From: Mobula hypostoma
Taxonomy: Eukaryota
Assembly (NCBI RefSeq): GCF_963921235.1
Contig: NC_086097.1
Span: forward strand, 232,812,001-232,876,000
Direction of reading: 5' to 3'
Length of the DNA stretch: 64,000 bases
Each line of letters opens with the position of its first letter. The stretch's first letter is position 1. The notes beneath the pieces were generated by a model. It saw only the letters and a program-made list of their open reading frames with translations, ran no database searches and was not told where the DNA came from. Shown here piece by piece: positions 1 through 11,870 of the stretch. Made by a program: the position numbers and the translations under genes.

Positions 1-18
1 AACATCACAAATTTGATC
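1..18 (-). other. Possible exon start running off the window edge
   Basis: Minus strand reads attttcataattttgtcgacatctttcAG|GATCAAATTTGTGATGTT, a pyrimidine-rich acceptor. Only 18 nt are visible. Confidence 0.25.
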
Positions 19-449
19 CTGAAAGATGTCGACAAAATTATGAAAATATAATTTGATTTATGCAGTGCCTGTGGGAAAGATGAGATGCTTTAGGGTTCAA
101 AGTAAAATCTATTTGACTGGAGTCAAGCAGCCGAGTATTTGCTGCATGCCGCTGGCTATGAATAATAGGTCAAGTAATGAGAAGGAGGCAGAAGACTAAA
201 TTTAAAATGTGAATACTGTGGAGATTTTGTTTGTTCCTTTAATGAATAATGAAAAATACAGCAAAGGGCAGGGGTATTTAGGAATCACTGAAATATGCAT
301 AGCAGTTCTTTCTTGTTTTGTGTTCAATGAGAAAGGAAGTGATAGTGGATGTAGTTCTGGGCGTGAAACATAACTCAATAGAGAGTGCTTGCGAAAACTG
401 ATTAGAACTTCAACAGCACACAAAATTCTCGAGGAACTCAGCAGGTCAG

Positions 450-790
450 GGCTTGAGGGCCTGGGTTATAGGAAAAGGTTATAGGAAAGGTCACTAGAGT
501 GTAGGAGAATGAGGGGAGATTTTATAGAGCTATACCAAGTTATGAGGGAGTATAAATAGCAGGTTTTTTCCACTAGAGGTTGGGTAAGACTAGAAGTCAT
601 GCATTAAATGTGAAAGGTGAAATGTTCAAGGGGAACATGAGGGGGAACTTCTTCACTCAGAGGCTGGTGAGAGTGTGGAATGAGCCGTTGGTGAAACCGG
701 TGGAGGCGGGTTCGATTGCAACAGTTAAGAGAAGTTTGGATGGGTCCATGGATGGGAGGGACATCGAGGGCTATGGTCCAGGGTGCATTT
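450..790 (+). mobile_element. CR1 LINE 3' fragment
   Basis: Translates to TRSHALNVKGEMFKGNMRGNFFTQRLVRVWN, the CR1 ORF2 C-terminus. Confidence 0.85.
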
Positions 791-919
791 ACAGAATCTC
801 TTGTGTTTATCAGTATCAGAATCAGGTTTAATATCACTGGCATAATAAAATACATTATTATGAGGCAGCAGTACATTGCAATACCTAATAGAAACTGTGA
901 ATTACAGTATATTTTTTTC

Positions 920-1785
920 ACCCCTTATGGGCGGTGTGTATGTGTATTTTTCCCTCAATCTTGGGTCCTCTACCAGGGGTCTAGGAGCTTGAGGGTTTGG
1001 CACAGTGTCCTTGCTGTTCCAGGCAGTGCACTCTTCTGGACCAAGATCTCAGATGTTGTTCCTGGAACCACCCTCCCCGTCCAGGTGTCACTGCTCCAAG
1101 TGCTCCTATCACCGCCGGGATTACTCTGGCTTTAACCTTCCACATCCTTTCTATCTGCTCTTTCAAGCCCTGGTATTTCTCCAGCTTCTCATATTCTTTC
1201 TTCCTGATGTTCCAGTCATTCAGGATTGCCACATCTATTACTATTGCTTTCTTCTGTTCCTTGTCCGGTATTACTATGTCTCATTGGTTGGCCAGACTGT
1301 ATTTGGAAGTCCCACACGATCTTAGGTCTATCATTCTCCACCTCCCTCTCGGGTGTTTCCTATTTGGACTTTGGGGTATCCAATCCATACTTAGCACAGA
1401 TGTTCCTGTACACAATTCCTGCAATTTGGCTATGCCGTTTAGTGTCTGCTGTCCCTGCCTGCATCTGGCACCCTGCTACAATGTGCTGGATGGTTTCAGT
1501 GGATTCCTGGCACAGTCTGAATCTTGGGTCCTATCTGGCGTGATAGACTCCCTGCTTCTATTACTCTTGTGCTCAGTGCCTGTGCTTGTGCAGCCATGAG
1601 CAGTCCATCACCCCTGCCATTTCCAGCCATTGGTAGGGCTTTCTTATGTCAGCCACCTCTGATATCTGGCGATGGTACATCCCGTGCAGTGGCTTGTCCT
1701 GCCATGGCCTCTGGTCCTCCGGCTCTGCTTCACCAGCTTCCATTTCCATATCCCCTGCCTGCTGTCTGAGGATTGTGATCATATC
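920..1785 (-). mobile_element. R4/Dong (Rex6-like) non-LTR retrotransposon 3' fragment with restriction-like endonuclease
   Basis: Motifs WQDKPLHGMYHRQI, decayed zinc knuckle RLCQESTETIQHIVAGC, and endonuclease NQ*DIVIPDKEQKKAIVIDVAILND..KKEYEKLEKYQGL..VIPAVIGALG. Confidence 0.85.
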
Positions 1786-1824
1786 TTGAATTGGAAGATA
1801 TATTTATATATATTTTTTAGATTT

Positions 1825-2435
1825 TAGATTTAGATTCAACTTTATTGTCATTCTGCTGAGTACAGATACAAAGCCAATGAAATGCATTTAGCATCTGATC
1901 GTAAATGCAAAGAATAGTGTTATTTATAAAATAACTGCGAATAAAAAACGTGCTACAGCACACAAATGTAAAAGTACTGAGACAGTACAATATGGGTACA
2001 ATACTGCTTAGCGCTGTGATGAGAGGTTCAGCAGTGTCACAGCCTCAGGGAAGAAGCTCTTCCTGTGCCTGCTGGTGCGGGAGCAGAGGCTCCTGTAGTA
2101 CCTACCGGATGGGAGGAGAGTAAAAAGTCCATAGTTAGGGTGAGATGCCTCCTTGATAATGCTTTACACCCTGTCCAGGAAGCGTTTATGGTAGATGTTC
2201 TCAATGGTGGGCAATTGGGTGCCGATAATCCGCTGGGCAGTTTTCACCACACTCTGGAGTGCTTTGCGGTCCGATACGGGACAATTGCCATACCACACTG
2301 AGATGCAGTTGGTGAGTATGCTCTCAATGGTACAGCGGTAAAAGTCTGTCAGTATCCTGGGACAGAGGTGAGCTTTCTTCGTGTTCTGCAGAAAATAAAG
2401 GCACTGTTGCACCTTTTTGATCAGGATGGAGGAGA
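1825..2435 (-). mobile_element. Rex1/Babar LINE 3' fragment
   Basis: Motif FYRCTIESILTNCISVWYGNC..LQSVVKTAQRIIG; 3' tail aataaagttgaatctaaatctaaa. Confidence 0.85.
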
Positions 2436-2929
2436 TTGGAAGACATAAAAAATATATAGTTAAATTAAATATGTAGTGAAAAAAAATAGTGAGATAGTGT
2501 TCATGGGTTCAATGTCTATTCAGAGATTGGATGGCAGAGGGGAAGAAGCTGTTCCTGAATTGCTGAGTGTGTGCCTTCAGCCTCCTGTACTTCCTCCCTG
2601 ATTAGAACATCATCAGGTTTAGGGGAACTGGATGGAGAAATTCAAATGGAAGAGGGGTAACTTCAGTCAGTTGACGGGAAATAAAAAGTATCATCTAACC
2701 TAGTCAGATGAGTGTTAAGAGGCTTTCAGGTAAGAGATTGAATGGGTATAAACTGCAGACCTCCTTACTTTTGAGCTTAAGAAATGGGGAACGTGCATGG
2801 GGAGGGATTTGAAGGAAAGCTATGCAAAGCTGGAGCTCCTCAAATGAGCAAATTAAATGAATGAAGAAAATTAAAAAACACATGCAACACAGGCTTATGA
2901 TAAATGACATACAGTATTTAAAGGAATAG

Positions 2930-3225
2930 GTGGGATCTCATTGAGACCTATCAAATGTTGAAAGCCCTCAATAGAGTGGATGTGGAGAGATTGCTTCCTA
3001 TAATGGGTTAGTCTAGACCAGAGGCACAGTCTCAGAACAGAGGGACGTCCATTTAGAACGGAGATGAGGAGGAATTTCTTTAGTCAGAGTGTGGTGAAGC
3101 TGTGGAATTCATTGCCACAGGTGGCTGTGGAGGATAGGTCACTGGGTATACTTAAGGTGGAGCTTGATAGGTTTTTGATTAGTCGGGGAATGAAAGGTTA
3201 CGGGGAGAAGGCAGGAGAATGAACA
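2930..3225 (+). mobile_element. CR1 LINE 3' fragment
   Basis: CR1 3' sequence gagatgaggaggaatttctttagtcagagtgtggtgaagctgtggaattc. Confidence 0.85.
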
Positions 3226-3409
3226 TCTCACTTGTTAAAGCATCGGATACAGATGAGATACTTAGTGATTAACTTAGGTTAGAGGATGCACTGCAATCTT
3301 TCAGTACTTCCAGTCCAGATAGTCCTGACACATTACATCCCGGTGGTCGAGGGAAGGATTCTATATGGTAGAATCTTTAAGAGTTCCATGGCTACAGATA
3401 TAAGAGTAT

Positions 3410-3760
3410 AAAACCATAAGGCATAGGAGCAAAATTAGGCCACTTAGCCCATTGGGTCTGCTCCGCCATTCCATCATAACTGATTTATAATCCCTCTCAA
3501 CCTCATTCGCTGACTTCTCCCTGTAACGTGATTCCCTGACTAATCAAGAACCTCTCAACCTCTAATTTAAGTACACTGAATGACTTGGACTCCACAGCTA
3601 CCTGTGGCAACAAATTCTACAGATTCATTACCCTCTGGCTAAAGAAATTCCTCCTCATCTCCATTCTAAAGGGGTGTCCTACTAATCTGAGTCTGTGCCC
3701 TCTGGTTTCAGACTCCCCCACTACAGGAAACATCCTCTCTACATCCACTCTATCTAGACC
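3410..3760 (-). mobile_element. CR1 LINE 3' end
   Basis: Reverse complement of the CR1 3' ORF and UTR seen at 22200-22570. Confidence 0.85.
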
Positions 3761-3987
3761 TTGCAATATAGTATGGAAAATATCTGTATTGTAAATACCT
3801 CTTATTCCCCCACTACAGGAAACATCCTCTCTACATCCACCCTATCTAGACCTTGCAATATAGTATGGAAAATATCTGTATTGTAAATACCTCTTATTCC
3901 CCCACTACAGGAAACATCCTCTCTACATCCACCCTTTCTAGACCTTGCAATATAGTATGGAAAATATTTGTATTGTAAATACCTCTT
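3714..3987. repeat. Tandem repeat, 3 copies of a 92-bp unit
   Basis: Unit tcccccactacaggaaacatcc...gtaaatacctctt starts at 3714, 3806 and 3898; copies are nearly identical. Confidence 0.95.
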
Positions 3988-4304
3988 CTGACAAAAAATT
4001 GAGACAGCAAGAATAAATACAAATGGAGATGCAGTCCAGTGATTGAAAAGTGGTCCCAAAATAATCTGGAATAAAAATAAATTACCATGTGAAAGAACTA
4101 AGTAGTAAATGATAGGTTTTGAAGGGGTAATGTATCTGAGTAAGGACAATCATTCATTTAGATATGAGATAGCTCAGGATAAACAAAGAAAGAAAGATCC
4201 TTATAAAAAATTTACATTGTGTAAAGTTTCTTTTGACAGGCTTCGGTCCACATTTTCTTCTGAAATATTGCAATAACTTACATGGGGAACAGCTGGCTAT
4301 AAGT

Positions 4305-5700
4305 TGGCCCCGAAAGGCAGCGGGGCTGGATGGCATCCCAGGATGGGTCCTCAAAGTGTGTGCGGAACAGCTGCCTGGTGTGTTTACAGACATTTTTAAT
4401 CTCTCCCTCTCCCAGTGTGTAGTGCTTTCCTGTTTCACATTGTCCATCATTGTCCCTGTACATAAGAAAACCAAGGTAGCATGCCTGAACGATTGACACC
4501 CTGTTGCACTCACCTCAATTATAAGCAAATGTTTTGAGAGGCTGGTTAAAGACTAAATCTGTAGCATGCTACCATTCACACTGGACCCCTTACAATTCAC
4601 CTACTGACAGAATCTGTCTACTGATGACACCATAGCCACAGCACTATACATCGTCCTCACTCACCTGGAGAAGAGGGATGCATACATTAGAATGCTGTTC
4701 CTGGACTACAGTTCAGCACTTTACATCATAGTTCCCTCCAGACCTGACAGGAAGCTCAGAGATCTCATCCTGCACCCTGCCTTGTGCAGCTGGATCCTGG
4801 ACTTCCTATCGGATCGCTGACAGGTGGTAAGGATGGGCTCCCTCTCCTCTACCCCTCTGACCCTCAACACAGGGGACCCCCAGGGTTGTGTCCTGAGTCC
4901 CCTTCTCTACTCCCTTTACACCCACAACTGTACGGCCACACACAGCTCCAATCTGCTGATCGAATCTGCAGATGACACAACATTGATCAGCCTTATTTCT
5001 AGTGGTGATGACACACCCTACAGAGGAGAGGTTTACACCCTGACAACCAAGATAACAACCTCTCCCTCAATGTCCAAAAAATGAAAGAGCTGATTGTGAA
5101 TTGCAGGAGGAATGGAGACAGGCTCGGCCCGATCAACATCAGTGGGTCTGCAGTTGAGAAGGTGAGTAATTTCATTTTCCTTGGTATTCACATCACCAAA
5201 GATCTCACCTGGACTGTACAAACCGGCTGTGTGGCAAAATCCACAACAGCAACTCTTCCACTTCAGTCAACTGAAGATGTTCAGCATGAGCCCCCAAATC
5301 CTCAAGAGCTTCTACAGGGGCACCATTGAGAGCATCCTGACTGGCTGTATCACCACCTGGCGCAGGAACTGCACTGACCTTGACTGCTGGGCACTGCAGA
5401 GAGTGCATCTGTTGATGTGAACTTCCCTCTACTGAGGACATTTACAACGGTAGGTGCGTAAAGAAGAAAGAAAGGGGACTCCAGCCACCCCAACCATAAA
5501 CTGTTTTAGCTGCTTCTGTCTGGCAAATGGTACCACAGCATTATTAAAACCAAGACCAACAACTTCTTTCTACAAGCCATTAGACTTATAAATTCACTGT
5601 CTGTACATTGAGACTGAGTCATAAGGCAAAGATTTTTACTCCCTCATGTTGTGGGATGGATGTAAGATTTAAATAAATTCAAATTAAATTCAAATTTAAA
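4305..5700 (+). mobile_element. Rex1/Babar LINE, 5'-truncated, decayed RT
   Basis: [60 protein letters not shown]; tail of aaattc-like repeats. Confidence 0.9.
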
Positions 5701-6022
5701 TCCTTAAAGTAGCACCAACCAATATTATGAATACCGTTTCCTTCTCCAAGTATTGAAAAATAAACAAACACCCAAAATAACCACACAGTCTCCCTGTGCA
5801 TTATTTTAGCAGAAAGACATTCAGATAAGTCATCCCAACCACAATCTGTTCCAGCTGCTACCACCCGGCACACATAAATTCAAATTAAATTCAAATTCAA
5901 ATCCTTAAAGCAGCACCAACCAATCTTACGGATATCATTTCCTTCTCCACATATTGAAAAATAAACAAACATCCAAAATAACCACACAGTCTCCCTGTGC
6001 ATTATTTTAGTAGAAAGACATT
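5673..6022. repeat. Direct duplication of about 149 bp (5673-5821 and 5874-6022)
   Basis: ataaattcaaattaaattcaaa...agaaagacatt occurs twice with a period of 201 bp. Confidence 0.95.
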
Positions 6023-6424
6023 TAATGTGTGTTTTGTCACATGTACATCAGAACATTGAAGCAGACAATGAAATGTGTCATCTATGTCAATAAGTGACAC
6101 AGTCTGAGAATGTCCTGAGGACAGCCCCAGGTATTGCCATGTTTCTGGCGCTAACATAGCATGGCCAACACTAGCACTAACCGGTACATCTCAGGAGTAT
6201 GGCAGGGAAATGGAGCACTAGGGGAAACGCACGCAGTCATGGCGAGTGCGTGCAAACTCCTTACTGACCCTTGGAGGAAGTGAATCCCGATCTTTGCTTT
6301 TCCCAGTTAGGTCCTTCCCAATGAGTCCCGATGCAGAGTTTCAACCCAAAACATCAGCAATTTCCCCTTCCTTCTCCCTCCCCTACAGATGCTGCTGAAT
6401 TTCTCCAGCAGATTGCTCCAGCAT

Positions 6425-7520
6425 TGAATTGAATTGACTTTATTTCTTACATCCTTCACATACATGAGGAGTAAAAAAAAGAACAGTCAGTGTAATATAG
6501 AGCACACTCAAGTCAGAGTGAGTTCGTCAGTCTGATGGCCTGGAGCCTTTTGGTCCTGGCTTTTATGCTGCGGTACCACTTCTCTGATGGTAGCAGCTGG
6601 AATAGATTGTGATTGGGATGGTTTGGGTCCTCAATGATCCTATGGGCCCCTTTTACACACCTGTCCTTGTAAATGTCCTGAATCATGGGAAGTTCACAAC
6701 TACAGATGTGCTGGGCTGTCCGCACCACTCTCTGCTGAGTCCTGTGATTAACGGAGGTACAGTTCCCATACCAGGCAGTGATGCAGCCAGTCAGGATGCT
6801 CTCAATTGTGCCCCTGTAGAAAGTTCTTAGGATTTGAGGGCCCATACCAAACTTCCTCAATGGTCTGAGGTGAAAGAGGCGCTATTGTGCCTTTTTCACC
6901 ACACAACTGATGTGTACAGATCACGTGAGGTCCTCGGTGATGTGGATGCGAGGAACTTGAAGCTGTTTACCCTCTCAGCCCCAGATTCATTGATGTCAGT
7001 AGGGGTTAGCCCGTCTCCATTCCTCCTGTAATCCACAACCAGCTCCCTTGTTTTTGTAACATTGAGGAAGAGGTTGTTTTCTTGACACCACTGTGTCAGA
7101 GAGATTACTTCTTCCCTGTAGGCCACCTTGCTATTGTTTGAGTTAAGGCCAATCAATGTAGTGTCATTGGCAAATTTAATTAGCAGATTGGAGCTGTGGG
7201 TGGTGACATAGACATGAGTATACAGGGAGTAAAGGAGGGGGCTTAGTACGCAGCCTTGAGAGGCACCTGTGTTGAGAGTCAGAGGGGCAGAGGTGAAAGA
7301 GCCCACTCTTACAACCTGCTGGTGATCTGAGAGGAAGACCAGGATCCAACTGCACAAGGCAGGGTCAAGGCTGAGGTCTCTGATCTTCTTGTCGAGCCTG
7401 GATGGAACTATGGTGTTGAATGCTGAACTGTAGTCCAAGAACAGCATTCTCACATAAGCATCCTTCTTCCCCAGATGTATAAGGACGGTATGTAGAGCTG
7501 TGGTTATTGTGTCATCTGCC
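6425..7520 (-). mobile_element. Rex1/Babar LINE RT and 3' end
   Basis: ORFs contain [39 protein letters not shown] and FYRGTIESILTGCITAWYG. Confidence 0.9.
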
Positions 7521-7709
7521 GTGTCTTGCGTCCATGTGTGCAAGGCTTGGGATACCTTCCTTTTGTATCTGGTGGTCAGTATTGCCTTCTCCCATGTCTT
7601 ACCTCGGTCTGCTATGGACCTTATCCTCACTGTGCTCCAACGTTTAATCGACAACAAATGATAAGATGGCTTGCGTTGAAATAATCTTCATGGCTGTATC
7701 ATTTTTTTT

Positions 7710-7930
7710 TTAGAGCATGGTAACTGGCCCTTCTGACCCAACGAGCCCATGCCACACAATTAAACTGATGTGACCAATTAACCTACTAACCCTTGTAAAC
7801 TGGAGCACCCAGAGGAAACCCACACGGCGACATTGAGAAGGTACAAGCTCCTTACTGGCAATGGTAGGAACTGAACCTGGGCTGCCTACACTGTAAGTGT
7901 TGTGCTGACCGCTATGCCATCGTGCTGCCC
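7710..7930 (-). mobile_element. tRNA-derived V-domain SINE (HE1-like); similar copies near 6030-6295, 9000-9215, 56270-56545 and 59940-60260
   Basis: Minus-strand head gggcagcacgatggcatagcggtcagc, B-box-like ggttcagttcc, V-domain gggtttcctctgggtgctccagttt, CR1-like tail. Confidence 0.75.
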
Positions 7931-8282
7931 CAATGGTTATATTGTAACCATTCCTTTCCCATCTGTTGGACTGTACTACTTCCAAGCAGAAGTGTGATAG
8001 ATAATGCCTAAGTATTGAAATCCATATAATATTTCTGCCGATTCTGCAAGTCCATTAATCCCAATAGGTTTCAGTGTTGTCTTGTTGCCAGGTGAAACAT
8101 CATTTTTAATTGTGCTGCCTGGAAGTGATGGTTTTAGTAGGATGGCATGACACGTTTCCCCTGACTGAAGTTGGAATGTCATGTTTTGTCCTTGGATTAA
8201 CATCTTGGTGCAGATATGTGTGTGTGTTCCTTCCACAGAGCTGATCCCATTTGGCATCTGGTACACGCACTCAGGTGTCAAG

Positions 8283-8925
8283 TGGTTCTTGTGATGCATC
8301 TGGTGTGGAAGTGTAGCGGGTAGTGCTTGTCAGTCTCACTTTCACCTTCCTCTGCAGTCTTGTGAAAAGGAGAGCAGAATGTGTAAGCCTTTCCCCGCCA
8401 GTACATCGACTCTCCAAAAGCAAGCCTCACAGTCATAGTCATAGTCATACCTTATTGATCCCGGGGGAAACTCCTCGCTGGCAGCACACGGAAACTGAAC
8501 TCCTTTTGGACTCAGGCTGAACTACAGAGGATGGGGAGGAAGTCTGACCCCTGCACACGTAGCACGAAGGCCCTCTGGTGTGTGGGCACGCCCTGGTGCT
8601 CGAGAACCAGAACCCCAGCTACGGGTAAATAGCCCCACTCCCTTATGGGCAGCCTTGGGAGAGACGAAGGCTACGGGAGTAAACACAGACAGCAAAGCCA
8701 GAGTGGAGCCCCTGAGGTGGCTGGACGTCATTGAACGTCCTTCCGGCCCCTCCTGCAGCCAAGCTGGTGCCAAACGTATTGCTTCATAAGCTACACTGGT
8801 GAGGCCGAGAGGGGAATCTTGAGAACTGGGCATCTCAGGATCTCCATACCTTCCATCCAGGCTTGTGATGATGATACGGATTCCCATTGTCCTTCGAGAC
8901 AGACGGATGCCAACCACATGCAATC
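8283..8925 (+). mobile_element. Non-autonomous RTE-type retroelement, copy 1 (paralog of 58620-59175)
   Basis: Colinear with the reverse complement of 58620-59175 over more than 500 bp. No ORF. Shares gggagtaaac and tggtgccaaa motifs with the RTE-like repeat at 47494-47872. Confidence 0.65.
8425..8530 (+). ncRNA. HDV-like ribozyme core, disrupted by a roughly 37-bp Rex1/Babar tail insertion
   Basis: CTCCTCGCTGGC (HDV L3/P3'), AGCACAC, GG, AAA, hairpin CTGAACTCC-TTTT-GGACTCAG, G-CTGA, ACTACAGAGG. Confidence 0.6.
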
Positions 8926-9591
8926 AACTATAGGCTGAATCTGACCCTGTCTCTGTTCTTGTACTGTCAATCTCACCCATCCATAGTTACTTTTATCTTG
9001 ATTCAGCCCAGTGACAGCCCCTTCCAGGCCAACACACCTGTGCCACACAGTTATACCCATGTGATCAATTAAGCTACTAACCTGGTACATCTTAGGAATG
9101 TGGGAGGAAACCAGAGCACCTGGAGGAAACGGTCAGCTCCTTACGGACAGCGGTGGAATTGAACCCAGATCGCCGGTGCTGTAATCCATCGTGTTATCCG
9201 CCATATTACTGTGGCGTGCATGTATCTTTGAAGCTGTTTTGACTGTGAACTATTTTGTGGGAATGATCTGCCAGTCCCCATTGTGAACACTCTTCCCTGT
9301 ACACTGGGAATTTCTTTACCAGCTATTAATAATTGCTGTAATACCTCATCAATTTTGACAGTACTTTCCTTTCTCTGCCAATTACTTCCCCTGCTTTACC
9401 ACCTGTACTTTGATTTTGTTGGCTGCCCAACTTTTGTAGCCTGGTTTTGGTCAGCTCCACAATCTTGCACATCACATACCCCTCTACTGAGTTAAGTCGG
9501 CATTGTGTGGTAACTATTCTCTGAAGCTAGTACCTCAGATAACAAAAACTAATCTAATCTCTTACGAATCAGTCTTTCACATCTGTAAAAC

Positions 9592-10024
9592 TGTAATGAG
9601 CTCTTTGGGCCTGTGCAGGGCACTAGGGAATGTTGGGCTCTGAGGTTTTTAAAGTACCTGAATTGGTTAATTGTTGTTTAATGAGAGTCTTAACTGTTTA
9701 AAGATCCTTGTGTTCCTCAAGCAACCTGCTCTTTGTAGTGTGGTCCCTGGTGTTCTCTGTTTAAGCTTGTTAAATTTACTTTGATAGACTCTGGGATTCC
9801 AAGTTACTTGAATTATTTAAGGGAACACCTGATTAGGGCTAATCGCAGGGTCCCAGTTTTAAGAATGTTACTTCTCATAGTGTTGCTCAGCTGACACTGT
9901 TATTATTGGTGTTGTTATGAGTAACACAGGTGTTACTATGAGTAAACTCTTGTCGCTGTGCCTACTACAGAGTCCGTCTTTCCTTCGCACTTAGTTTCAG
10001 ATATTGCCAGCGCACATTGTGACA
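9592..10024 (+). mobile_element. Probable solo LTR (433 bp)
   Basis: Termini TGTAAT...GTGACA, flanks aaaac and aaagc (degenerate TSD), AGTAAA polyA-like signal at 9941. Confidence 0.5.
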
Positions 10025-10264
10025 AAAGCTCTAATTATTTGTTACCAATTTTGGCTTTGTTAACAACAAATTATTCCTGGTCATGTTTTCATTTAAACTA
10101 ATAGTTCTGGTAACTGTTCCAGGTTGCTATGTGCTTGTAATGAATCTAATGCATTCTGTAGGGTCACAACTGAGAGCATTTTGATATAGCACAATTCCAT
10201 TTCCTCCTGAACAGTAAGAACCAATGTCATTTGTACCTCCATCTGGTTATCTGCAATGACCAGT

Positions 10265-11390
10265 TCTACATAGAGTTGTAGAGTTGTAGAGAAGTACAGC
10301 AGAGAAACAGGCCCTTTGGCCCATCTAGCCCATGCCAAAACCATTTAAACTGCTGACTCTCATCGATCTGCATCAGGAGCGTAGCCTTCCATATCCCTAC
10401 CACCCATGTAGCTATGCAAGCCTCTCTTAAACATTGAAATCGAGCTTGCATGCACCACTTGTGATGGCAGCTCATTCCACACTCTCACAACCCTCTGAGT
10501 GAAGTAGTTTCCTTTCATGTTCCCCTTAAGCTTCTCACCTTTCACCCTTAACACATAACCTCCGGCACAGTCCCCCCCAACTTCAGTGGAAAAAGTCTGT
10601 TTGTATTCTTTCTTCTTTAGGCATCCGTTAGTCTCGTGAGCCCATGGATTTGTGCCTTGGAAGGTTTCCAGGATGCAGGCCTGGGCAAGGTTGTATGGAA
10701 GACCGGCAGTTGCCCATGCTGCAAGTTTCCCCTCTCCACGCCACCGATGTTGTCCAAGGGAAGGGCATAGGGCCGATACAGCTTGACACCGGTGTCGTTG
10801 CAGAACAATGTGTGGTTGAGTGCCTTGCTCAAGGACACAACACGTTGCCTCAGCTGAGGCCCGAACTAGCGACCTTCAGATCACTAGACCAATGCCTTAA
10901 CCACTTGGCCACGTGCCAACACTGTTTGCATTAACCCTACCTATACCCCCAATAATTTTGTTTTCCTCTATCAAATTTCCTCTCTATCTTCTACGTTCTA
11001 AGGAATAAAGTTCTCACCTATTCAATCTTTATCTATTTATAACTCAGGTCCTCCGGACCCAGCAACATCCTTGTAAAATTTCTTTGTACTCTTTCAGCCT
11101 TATTTACATATTTCCTTTACGTAGGTGACCAAAAACTGCACACCGTTGGCCTCACCAATGTCTTATACAACTTGAATATAACATTCCATCTCCTGTACTC
11201 GATACTTTGACTTATGAGGGCATGTGTCAAAAGCTTTTTTTTAATGAACCTATCTACCTGTGACACCACTTTCAATGAATTATGGATCTGTATTCTCAGC
11301 TCTCTTTGTTCTACCACACTCCTCAGTGCTCTACCGTTCACTGTGTAAGATTTACCCTTGATTGGTCCTACCAAAGTGCAAAACCTTTAC
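10265..11390 (-). mobile_element. CR1 LINE 3' portion, interrupted by a SINE
   Basis: ORFs KLYKTLVRP and KGNYFTQRVVRVWNELP. Confidence 0.85.
10610..10921 (-). mobile_element. tRNA-derived SINE with CORE-like domain
   Basis: A box TGGCCAAGTGG, B-box-like AGTTCGGGCC, then gtgtccttgagcaaggcactcaacc. Confidence 0.75.
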
Positions 11391-11564
11391 AGATCAACAT
11401 ATTGTAGTACAAAGTCTTCCATCCATTGTTTTTATTCCTTAAACATACTACTGCCTGGAAATGATGCCTTTATTTTTCCATCATACTCTAAGCTCAACGG
11501 AATCACATAAATTGTCATCTCACTTTATACATTCCTGTCTTATCCCATTTAGGAGGGATTACAG

Positions 11565-11870
11565 ACACACAGACAAAATACTGGAGAAACTCAGCAGGTC
11601 AGAAACTTCTATGGAGATGAATAAAGAGCCTTTTGGGCCAAGACTGTTCATCAGTACTGGAAAGGAAGGGGGAAGAAGGTGGGGGTATGGGAAGGAGCCC
11701 AAGCTAGAAGCTGATGGCTGAGGTCAGGTGAGAGGCAAAGTATGCAGGAAAGGTGTGGGGAGGTTGAAGTGAGAAGCTGGGAGGTGATAAGTGGAAAAGG
11801 CCAAAGGGCTGAGGTAGAAATAATTTGATTTGATAGGGGAGAAGGATGGACCATGGGAGAAAGGGAAGTT
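11565..11870 (-). mobile_element. Penelope-like element 3' UTR fragment
   Basis: Similar to 30110-30535 and 62690-62930; hammerhead region is degenerate. Confidence 0.65.

Noticed and set aside
3714..3987. Repeat array as CRISPR-like
   Set aside because: Head-to-tail units with no unique spacers in eukaryotic DNA.
10850..10921. tRNA gene (also 37230-37300)
   Set aside because: SINE heads attached to SINE bodies; no complete cloverleaf.
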